Of a DNA stretch of 64,000 nt, positions 38,401 through 49,380 are shown piece by piece (the stretch's first letter is position 1; every line of letters starts with the position of its first letter). This DNA comes from Rhina ancylostomus. Its lineage: Eukaryota. The notes below the pieces were generated by a model. The model was not told where the DNA came from and did no database searches. It saw only the letters and a list, made by a program, of their open reading frames with translations. The position numbers and the translations under genes were made by a program. The DNA lies in contig JARFYF010000050.1 of assembly GCA_030265395.1 (NCBI GenBank), positions 15,122,843 to 15,186,842 of the forward strand, given 5' to 3'.

Positions 38401-40749
38401 AAAACACAGCTAAGTTACATTTCAGCCCATTGACACGATTACAGTATTTGAACAGATATAATTGAACTTTTTATCGTGTGCTGAAACACCCTCCAGATTA
38501 ATGTTGTTTCAGGGATACCTATGCGATTAAGGGCTCACAGTACAGTCGGCGTACTCCCAGGTACACGATTACCGTAAAGGTCAGGGCTATTTTAAGCTCT
38601 CAAGGATGAGCTAACATTGGTTTAAGGTTTTACTTTCGAAAAGTATTTCATGCAGATTAAGAAAAGATACGGCCACATCAAGAAAAGACACTTAAATTAG
38701 TGTTTGACATGGGGGAACCAGTTGCTGTCCAGATGGTTTTGGGGAGGTCCCGAGACCTGCCGGGTTTCCGGAGCAGGAACATTGCAACCGAAGGCGCAGT
38801 CGGACTGTGGCTGAGACTGCAATCTGGGGCACATACATGCTCAACTGGAAAGAATCTGAAATTTTATAAATGAATACCGAAATGTCCACATTTCAAACAG
38901 AAACAACATAAAACCGAGGTTTCTGCAAAACTGCAGAAAAGCATTAAGCTCTGACTGGCCAACCGCTCAGCCTGAAAAGCTTGAAAATATTTATCAGCGC
39001 AGTAAAATGTCTCAACGTGTTAGCGTGACATTAAATCAAAATGGCGGATAGTGGAAGGTTAGTGCTAAGCAAAATACTCAGTGCTGGCAACATCAGAGAT
39101 AACATCGGTGCTATGTTCAAGATTCCACACACACTGGGGTAGAATACAAGCAGATTTGCCTGTGTTCTCTTCTTATTCTGGAGGTGCCAATATAAATGAA
39201 AGGTGGCCCTTAACATCAAACTTTCGTAATCAGGTGCCACTTGTAAATGCCAGCGAGTAGAAAATATTCTGATGAACGATCAATCGCATGAAATAATAAC
39301 TGTGTCTCCGCAGGTGCTGTTTGACCTACTGAGTATTCCCAGCACTGCCTGTTTTTATATCAGGTTTCCGGCATGGGCGGTATTTTATTTCTGGCTTCGA
39401 GTCCATTGTTGCCCTAACCCGCGGACGTTTGGAAACAATCCTTCCCATTAGAACTCATGGTTCACATTGGAAGTCATGCTCATGTCCATATGCATCGTAA
39501 TATTTTGTTTAGAAAGCGACAGGCATAATTACCCTGAACACTCTACAGAAATCATTTGTTGAAGAAATTCATAGTATCAATGCTTAATTTGCTCTGTGTT
39601 TCATATTTTAGTTCACAACTGGACATATATTGATTAGTAATCAATATCCTTTAAATCTTAATTATGGTATTTATTCCCCATGATGTGACATTGATACATA
39701 TTTAAATACGAGTGGCAGTACATGGACGTCTCTCTCTGGGGTCAGCCTCTCATTCTAATTACAACGATTTGATTTTTCTAGCTATTTGATGTTGTCAAAT
39801 GTCAAATATTACATCTTACCAACAACTGCATTAATTGTACATATACACTATGATTTTAAAAGGAGCTATTTGAAAGAGAGTGAGAGAGAGAGAGAGAAAC
39901 GTCTGCCGGGAAATGATTGTTGATTACAAATGGAGAAGAGTTTCGTTTTTAAGGTCAAACCGCTCAACCACAGCGAGGGACAAGCAGGTGGCTCGCAAAA
40001 TGAGCAGTGCTGGTAATAACAGAGAGCATGTACATGAAGTACTCGAAAATGAAGAAAGCTGATAATTCCTGGTACAATGAACATGGTAGCAGGAGCTTCT
40101 AAAAAGAAATGTAGGCTGAATTTAATGGATAAGATTTATAACCTGAGGTATTGTCGAAAGAGTTTGCTACACTATCGATTAACCGCAAAATTGCAATGAA
40201 CTAAGCACACAAATAGCTCCTGGTAGGTTGCTATAGCACCTATCTCTCATTGATTTATTGAAGACCGCCTCTCTCTTGTCGATGCTAATAAAATGACGGT
40301 ACTTTCCCTGAACAAAGGAGTAATTCTTCATAAAATAATAGCCTGGATAAATTCCCAATCACCTTGGGATTCTGTATCGTTCGAAAATCGACGTCGGACC
40401 TCTGAACAAAAGAGATTTCTATTTGTCGCGAAGGAGTCTTCATTAACGCCATTTTCATTTAGTTGTAGATGTTGGGCAGTGACACATGCCGGCGTATGGC
40501 TGCCCACGTGTTAGTTAGAGCTTACATGACCCGGGCGAGGACCATGTAATGGTCCTTTTGATGGGTGAGTCGCTGAGGACCCGGTTCGACTCTCTGCCCA
40601 TGAGTTTCCCAGTCACCAGGTACATAGTGCAAGAAAACGGGTTCGTTTGGGTTCAAGCCAAGCTTTTGACCTTTAGTTATCTTACACGCAACATCACTCC
40701 ATCCGCCCTCTTTTGAGGATATTACATAGAAGAATGTTTATCTACAGGA

Positions 40750-41170
40750 GCTGCCGGTTTGACTCATTAGGACGCACTCTCACCTGGGTCAGAAGGTTGT
40801 GAGTTGATGAGACTCCTGGGTGTTTTTCACAACTGTCTAGGTTGACGCTCGGGTGCAGTGCCGATGGATTGCTGCATTGACAGAAGCGGACTCTTTCCGA
40901 TGCGACATTAAAAGAGTCTCCCGTCTGTTCTCTCAGATGGGGACTAGCCAATGATCCTATGGAGTAAGATTTAAGGTCTTTTTCCTTGTGTGCTGGTCAA
41001 TATTTCTCCCGCAAACAATATCAGTAAACAGATTGGTCTTAATCGCCTTGGTCTCTGTGGGAGCTTGCTGTTCCTAAAAAGGCTGCCCGGTTTCCGACTT
41101 ACCACAATAATCAAGACTTGATAGAGTATTTTATTGGGTGTAGAATGTTTTGTGCGTGTCCTGACATTGG
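40750..41170 (+). mobile_element. Deu-domain SINE (SacSINE1-like), CpG-retaining
   Basis: CACTCTCACCTGGGTCAGAAGGTTGTGAGTT head; GACATTAAA..GTCTGTTCTCTCAGATGG; GGTCAATATTTCTCCC..AACAATATCAGTAAACAGATT; TGTGGGAGCTTGCTG. Confidence 0.75.
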
Positions 41171-44100
41171 GATCAGCCTAACTTTCTTCTTAATACTAAA
41201 GGTTTAAGAAATAAAGTGTGATTTGAATATAATTACAAAGGGCTGTGTTGCAAAGTTCTTTCAAAACCAGGTTGAGCTAAAGCAGCGGAACGTAGATACA
41301 ATTAACACATTTAACAATAAGTCTAATCATTAATATGAAATTAACAGATCATTGGACCTTTGATGTACTTGAGAGTCCGATCCTATTACAAATACAGTGA
41401 AGGAGTCGTAAAAAGAAGACCACGATTTCAATCCAATCTGGTCACGGCCACTACACATACCCCTGAAAAGCGCTTTCTCCAAGAGCTAAAGAAAAACTGA
41501 AGTTGATATAAGAAAGGGGAATAAATTCTTCACCTACCATTAAGACCAAGAAAAAACGCTCTGGCGATTGCATTAGCCCACGGCTGACACCTTGTATAAC
41601 CAATGTACTTTAAACAATTGGAAGCTTCTTTTATAGTTTATCATAACATCGATAGTCCATTGGTCTAATGAAGTATGAATACTTTTGCTCGTGTACAGAA
41701 TATGGAGCAGAAGTTATTATTGAACTCTTTTCGTGAAAACATCGTCGTTTTGTTGGTTAACACCTGAAGTGGCAGGTCAACGGAGGAAATGCCGAGTCTG
41801 TTCCAACTGAAACACGCATGAGTGGCGAAACATACCCGTTATGTTGGCTATTTTGAACTTTCGGAATTAGCGCCACAAATTGCTCATTCACAATTTACAT
41901 ATGTTGATTTAAAATCACCCACGTGTGCACGTGTGACCAAGTGCTCGGATAATGACCATTTCTGTCTTAGCTGCTTTGCCGTCGACCTTTCTAATAGGGT
42001 CGGGATTTGGCTGGTGGGAGAGAGCCCGGACACCGTATTTTGACAGGAGCATTTGGTTTTGCTGAAAAGGTTTCCGGCAGGATTCCCTTCTCTACACCAN
42101 NNNNNNNNNNNNNNNNNNNNNNNNNNNNNNNNNNNNNNNNNNNNNNNNNNNNNNNNNNNNNNNNNNNNNNNNNNNNNNNNNNNNNNNNNNNNNNNNNNNA
42201 CACCAACTGTAGCAATCAGTGCACACTTGACATGTCCCTTTTTTTTGGATTTATGTGGTACGTTATTGATTTATCCCAATCCAGAAAACAAGGGCTGCTT
42301 TGTAGGTTTAGTAAAGACTTGACATTGGCCCCAGTATTATAAACCTGATTCCGTCAACTTTTATATCAATAAATGAGTGAATCTATCATGCAATAGAACA
42401 ATGCGTTCACAGCAACATACCCTACATCTTGAAAATCTTCATGCATCGTCGGAATAGGTAAAATGACCCACACATGATGATACTGAACTTGCTTCCATCA
42501 GAAACTGCCACACAACGTTCCTTTTATTTGTGTTACTCGAAGCTGATTAACGTTACCCAAGAGTCGCATGAGACGGCGAATGGTTGACGGTCCTGTGATG
42601 TCGGAGTCTGAACTCCCGATATAAATTGGCTATGAAAAACGTTAGTAAAATCATACTTCTTAGCAATGAAACAAGGTAAGTTTTACATCTATGAAGGTAT
42701 TGGTCACAAAAAGCCGCGTTTCAATTAACGGTTATCAATTAATATCTATTAATAGGCGACTGCACGCTTTCAAATCAATTCATGTGCGATTTTTGGCATT
42801 AGACCATTAGACCAAAGTTACATTATATTAAATAGTCCTGACAGTGAATTTGGTATCTTTGGTGTCATATAACTTTACTGAATTGGTTTCTATGGTGGAT
42901 TAGTTTACCAAAAAAAACCCAAATGGTGATATTGAAGTGCTTTGAATTGCCTTGATGGTCATACCCCTACTTGCTGGAAGAAAGAACCAGACAATTGCTC
43001 TTCCACATGTAATCCCTTTGCTTAGTCATTGGTTGACTCATTGGTATCTTATGCAAGAAAGGGTAGGTGAAGGTTGACTTGTGACATCTAATTTAGATGA
43101 CGTCTTGCCCTCGCCGCAATTTGAGAAATGCTGTTTGTTGATTGGTTGACCAGCTAATTAACTTGAAAAGTAGCAAGTCCGATATAAATCATTCTGATGG
43201 ATAAACAGCAAAGTAGTTCAAGCATCTGGAAAATCAGTCAGATTCTGATCTGCCTCGTTTGAACATCATCAGCATTGGCATGTAGTATTACCATCAGGCG
43301 TATCACCAATTGATTTTTAAATTCGATTTCTGCCTTAACAGTTAACAGAGTGTCCAAACGAACCCTTTACATAGGAAGAAAATTTGAGAAGATCCCAATA
43401 CCTTTCAGAAGATGCATTACAGAGAGCTTACGTCAAAAAAAAGAATTAAAGCTAGCCGCAGGTGAAGTGAGAACACGAGCGATCCAATCACCCCATACAT
43501 CATCCGCCCAAATCTAGCTTCCAGCAAGATTTGCAGAATTTCACCCTGAGAAAAGATACACAAAATGATGTTTTCCCTTATAGAACAGAAGCCATGTACT
43601 TCTATGCAGTGCTACAATTGTATGATTGGTTGAAAATATGGAGAAACATTAGAGTGTCTAATAGCTTTTTGATTTTGCTATGGATTGAAAAATGGTCATT
43701 ATTTTAGACATTCAGTTGGTCACTGAGGAGTTGAAGTTTGTGCAGCCTACAATAAAAATGGTATACCTTAACAAGATTGTTACCAAAATACCTGGTTATT
43801 TTATAACTAGTATATATAGCTAGGGGCTCCTTAGATTAATTTAATTCTTAAATGTGGCAAAAGATCAATCCATAGTCACCAGTTGCAACTGGAAGCAAGG
43901 CAGCTCTTTACTACAGGAGAGATTTCCATAATCAAATTAGAGTTTTATAATCTGCATAGTTATAACCTTATTAAACAATATGATGAAAATACGTCTTTAC
44001 AGAATGCAATATATATTTATTTGCTTATTCTAAAACTCCCAGATGATATTTTCTTATTTCAACCAGCAAAAAAAGTGATGGATCAGCCAGAACATATAAT

Positions 44101-47100
44101 GTGGGATTTAATGGTATTTGGTTCCTCAAAAATTCCTGAAGAAATGTGCACACCCCATGCCAAAGCAGTTGCACCTCAGGGCATTGCTAATGCAGATGGA
44201 AAAACATACCATCTGTTTTATCATAATGACTGAAACTGGGCAACTGCTTAATTCCCATTTTACAAAGCCTTCTTTAACAGTTCGAGTTCTGCATGTATAA
44301 AAGTGATAGCTGTATCATCACATAATGATAAGAGCACTAATGATCTCTGGAAAGCATTTAATAGCTCCATCTATGTAAATGAAAATCACTGCTTAGAAAA
44401 ATGTTTACTATGTAGATGAAATGTACAAATTAATTGGTGTTAAACATGGGTGGAGGTGTATACTGCACTCTAACTTGAGCCAGTAGGTTTCTTTGAATAG
44501 AGGGAAAAAATTTAAAAAATCCATGTAATGCTTAATGAATTTTGGGAACATGTAAATACCAGTATCCACTGACTATATGGAGTATGTAGAATAATTGCTG
44601 GTATTTTCCAATTAGTATATCTGTGTAATGGTAGCATCTCTGTACTTAGCAATGATGTGCCAGATGCCATTATCTTCACTATTATCACAGTGGTGCCATC
44701 TCCTTGCAGGTGTAATTTTGAGCTTGATATACTGATGAGTTGAACAGGGAAATCATAATTTTCTTTTATTGAACAGGAATTTACAAGAAATTACCTTCTA
44801 ATTGAAGCAAAAAAGCAAATGGCTGGAAATGTCTCAGTGTTAGAAATTCTGTGCCAATTGTATGTTTCTTATTTTTAAAAAAGGGCTTATAGTTTGTAGT
44901 AATCTAAGCATTGAGATTTAAAGAAAACTCTCCTTAAAAAAGGGAATCTAGCAAAAATCATGGATTTTTTGTGCACCTATGGTTTAATGAGTCAGGGGTT
45001 TATAAGTACAATGAAGGATACTCAAGTGCCAGGTCAAAAAGTATTGCATGACACTCAAGTCCAAATTTCATTTGATTATCAGAAGCATTCAAGCATACCA
45101 TGTTAAAATAAACCAGATAGTCCTTTAAAGAGGAAAGTCCACATGGTTCAAAGTGTTCAATTAACAACATTGCAATTCAAAATTACAGGTGCAAGATACT
45201 AAGGCCAACATGAAAAAGCTGACTGAAGCCATTTTGTAATTGCAGCTATATGCAAATATTCATAATAATAAAAAAAATCAAGCAAGCAAGCAAGCAGATA
45301 CAATGATCATGGCAGTTTAGTATGTAAATAACTAATATATAATATTTTTACCAGTAATCAAAACAGCTGAAATTCTGATAAATTATCAGATTGTATCTAA
45401 AACATTTCATTAAGGTCCAATAGAAATGATCAATTATCATCATATTTTACTATGTTCAATTGGTATGTTCGTCTGTTTGAATATTTTTCCTTATCCACTG
45501 AATTTATATTAAAGAGTAACCATGGCTTGTTTAATTGCCAATGAGTATGAATTAATTAAAAATAAATATATTTCTTATCAACAATTTCAGGTCATGGAAA
45601 TAACAGCCCAATTATTATTTTACATGAATTAAGAAACTGACATGATCTGGCTTCTCATTTCCTTTCATGTTAGATTCCTCATGTGTTAATGCATTTTAAC
45701 CTCAGAAGGAAAAGCCAATACAGGGTGGAGAGTTAATTGCATAAATGTACAGGATGTCAATCTGGAAGCACCACAGTAGCTAACATGCATTGTGACATTT
45801 GCTGTTAATCATAAGAAGGTGATCCAAAAGAATTATATGGAAGATTTTGCAACTTTGGATCAATATTATTTTAGCACAATGAACCATGTTTGATTTATAC
45901 ATATCTAGGTTGAAATTATGCACACATGTTTTGCCAGTTATAAATGCCTTGATTTTAAACAATACAAGTAATATTTCTATTTGTCTAATTACAATATAAC
46001 AAACTAATTCAGATCATGTTATAGTTCCTGAAGTTACTGATTCTTTAATATGCTCTAATGCATTGTATTGAGGATTAAGAACAAATGCTGACAGATTCAG
46101 AATGCTAATATGTAAAGTCAGCTCTCATCACAATGTTTTAGATTAACTCTTATATTCAATGTTCCTACATCAAACATGTTGAATGTAAATATTCCCAGTT
46201 GAATCCTTGTTTATGAACCTGAAATAAGTAATTTAATAACATTCTGGGATGTTCCAACCAGCTAATATGTGGACATTAATGTTAAGAAACAAAAGTATCC
46301 TTGTTCCTTCTCTTCTGTTGTTAAGATATATGTACCTAAAACAAAGTTATGCTATTGTCAGAGTTCTGTCGACAAACTGCTCTGTTTCTATTGATTTATA
46401 CATGACTGAGGATGGANNNNNNNNNNNNNNNNNNNNNNNNNNNNNNNNNNNNNNNNNNNNNATGTATTGCAATGTTATATAATATGTCTAATGTAATCTA
46501 CATTTATTTATGAATAGTCAAGCTATGTTTACAATACCTCTGCCAAGTTTGACATGCTGGGTATTTCATAATAGATTTAGCAAACTAAATTGCCCTGTGA
46601 CTATGCTGCAACATGCTCTTGCTCAGTTCTTTGTGTAAGGCAGAGAAATGTAAAATGTCCTGAATACTATTTAACCATTTATTTTTTAATAGAAGTAACT
46701 GTTATCAATAGTAAAATAATTGATTTTTGTGGTGCATTTCTGGGCCTCTGCACTCTTCTGATGCTAAGAGTTGCTGACCATGAATGGTAATCTGCTTGTA
46801 CTGGATATATTTGGGAATTTTTGACATTTTATTCGTTTCTTAATTGTATTCAGAATTAACATTTTGGTTGCAATGCTCTTGGATTAATATCCATACATCC
46901 CCTGAAGGCCAATAGTAACAGACCACAATAAACTGGGTATTATCCAGTCAAGGCACCGCCAGGGTTTTCTGACGATTCAAGTGGAGCACCAATAGTATCA
47001 AATCGTGTGCAATGGTAGAAAAAAATGATTGCAGGATATTGACACAGCGTTGCTTAAGTACAATGAAAAATCGCACGGTTCAACCTAGTCAAATAACCAC

Positions 47101-48199
47101 GTGTCAACCGTACTGAGGATTGCCATTCCTATCATCACATAACAGTCTCGATATGTTCCTCCAAATGCATTAATCTACTGCTGATAAAAGCGTCATACTC
47201 GGTTTAGATGTAGACGCCAGCAATAAAGATATATGCACTTTCTGTTTCGATGTACAACTTTGTGGTCAATTGTTTCATTCAATGAAAAAAAGTATTTTAA
47301 TCATTGAGCTCTGCCGTGCATATGCAACAGTAGTTCTGTATTTCGTCCGTGACCATTATCCTAATATGGGCATCTGTGTCAGAAGCATTTTGAGTGTTGA
47401 TAAATTCGAGTGGAGAGCGATGGTGAGGGGGATGGGACGTGCTGCGCTTTTTCATTGACTAGGACGTCCCTTTCAGGCGTTTTGTTTGAACTTCTTCCAT
47501 TTCTAATTGTATCAATTGATTTTTGTTTCTCTTCGCTTTGAGTTTTAAAATTAAACACTCAGGGAGATGGGCACCTTGGAAGTTGCGTCATTGTCAGTTG
47601 CCTTCGGTCGTCCATTCCAACTGAATTCCCACAGAAGGCTTCTGTCTTTTGTGACTGATTGTAGGGCAATTGCGTAGACAATCGATGCACTGTGATTGCT
47701 AGCTCTAAATTTTACCTACATTAGGTGAAATATAAGCCCGTGGACAGCAAAGGGAACTTGTTACCGCGGTATTGTGTTCTGAAGGCTTTCCTATTTTGAG
47801 CGCCGAGTGCTGACTGGATTACAGCTGGAAATTGGCACTGCCCAACCAGGAGCCATGGTTGCTCTTTGAGTAAGAGTATTGTATGCTCGTTTCGAAGGTT
47901 CCATTATGTAACACTCCACCATAACACTACAAGGAAGCATATGATCATTGGCCAACATGACACCACGATGCCATAATCATTATGTTGCCATGATCGTACA
48001 TCGCCTGTGCTCAATGTGGAGAGGGGGAGGGCGAGGATCAAGCTGGCTAACGGTAATGCATACTTTGCAGATTGTAAGCACAATAAAGGAAATATGAATC
48101 ACTGTGAGTTAACTGGTGGTGGATGAAATGAAATAAAACAGTGAGGCGCTTTCATGCATGTCAAAAATGAAGCAGGTTTCTCGAAGAACGCAAGACATT

Positions 48200-48751
48200 A
48201 CTAGCTCGATGCAGAGCCAATTAGAAGAGGACACGAAAGACATTTGCACCTCGCAGTGGAACGAAACTGCGAACCCGGGGAATTACATTGTTTAGATGCG
48301 ATGGAATAGTCACAACTGAAAGAGAAAGAGAGTGAGGGAGGAAAGCACAATCTTCTGGCGTTCATTTCCGTGTCATTCTTTCTCAATTTGGGGAAATATA
48401 ATTTATCTTTCTGCTATTACCATACAAGGCTGCGTCTTGCCCGTATTTGGTGCTGTAGTTAGATTCTCCGACCTCAGGCGGGGCTGCATTGATTGACAGC
48501 TCCAGCTCCTGACGCCACAGCGTTGTGTTGCTGCGTTTTGCGTTGCCGGCTCTGCAGCACAGAGAGAGGGAGAGGGATAGAGCGGAGAGATCTCTGACTG
48601 CCGAGTCAGGATCCAAGAGGACAGAAAAGCCCGCTCGGAAAACGAGCCAAAGGCACAGCGGGGAAAGTGAGGCGGAGGCTGTCGACAGGCGGTGCAGCGA
48701 TCTACAGCGCACGGAAGGTCAAGCGGCGCCCGTCCAGCTCCTCGCATCGAT
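48200..48751 (+). promoter_or_regulatory. CBX4 promoter and 5'UTR CpG island
   Basis: CpG/GC-rich. CCAAT near 48217, GC box GGCGGGGC near 48477, TGATTGACAG at 48490-48499, TGACGCCA at 48510. No upstream ATG between 48500 and 48751. Confidence 0.8.
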
Positions 48752-48820
48752 ATGGAGTTGCCAGCCGCAGGGGAGCACGTATTTGCCGTGGAGAGCATCG
48801 AGAAAAAGCGCATCAGGAAG
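48752..48820 (+). CDS. CBX4: Chromobox 4 (Pc2, PRC1 subunit and SUMO E3 ligase), coding exon 1
   Basis: ATG in good context (gatATGG). Encodes MELPAAGEHVFAVESIEKKRIRK, the chromodomain N-terminus (human MELPAVGEHVFAVESIEKKRIRK). Donor GTAAAT at 48821. Confidence 0.97.
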
Positions 48821-48931
48821 GTAAATGTGACCAGCTCTAATTTACCTCTCCGCTAATTCCGCCACGTTATTGATCAGTAACAGGGCTGTCTTTCCTTTCC
48901 CGTGACGAACACTGTCTTTATTTCTCTACAG

Positions 48932-48975
48932 NNNNNNNNNNNNNNNNNNNNNNNNNNNNNNNNNNNNNNNNNNNN
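48932..48975 (+). CDS. CBX4: CBX4 exon 2 (predicted 44 nt, hidden in assembly gap 48932-49188)
   Basis: The acceptor tttatttctctacAG ends at 48931, directly before the Ns. Exon 1 ends in phase 0 and exon 3 starts in phase 2, which fits the 44-nt GRVEYLVKWRGWSPK-type exon. The sequence itself is not visible. Confidence 0.6.
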
Positions 48976-49314
48976 NNNNNNNNNNNNNNNNNNNNNNNNN
49001 NNNNNNNNNNNNNNNNNNNNNNNNNNNNNNNNNNNNNNNNNNNNNNNNNNNNNNNNNNNNNNNNNNNNNNNNNNNNNNNNNNNNNNNNNNNNNNNNNNNN
49101 NNNNNNNNNNNNNNNNNNNNNNNNNNNNNNNNNNNNNNNNNNNNNNNNNNNNNNNNNNNNNNNNNNNNNNNNNNNNNNNNNNNNNNNNGTGTGAACGGAA
49201 TGAAAATGGCCTCTCTTGTACACTGCTTGAATAGCAGCAATAGATCGCTTTATTTTTTTCCGCTTGTGAGATTGTGAGAGGTTTTGAGTTGACCTGCTGG
49301 TGTCTTCTGTGCAG

Positions 49315-49380
49315 ATACAACACGTGGGAACCAGAGGAGAATATCCTGGATCCTCGACTGCTCCTGGCTTTCCAACACAG
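49315..49380 (+). CDS. CBX4: CBX4 exon 3 (chromodomain C-terminal half)
   Basis: tgtcttctgtgcAG acceptor; 66 nt encoding (K)[21 protein letters not shown](R); donor GTAAAT at 49381. Confidence 0.97.

Noticed and set aside
48403-48824. Overlapping ORFs on both strands at the CBX4 5' end
   Set aside because: Expected in GC-rich island sequence; the plus-strand ORF has no ATG start and neither resembles a known protein.
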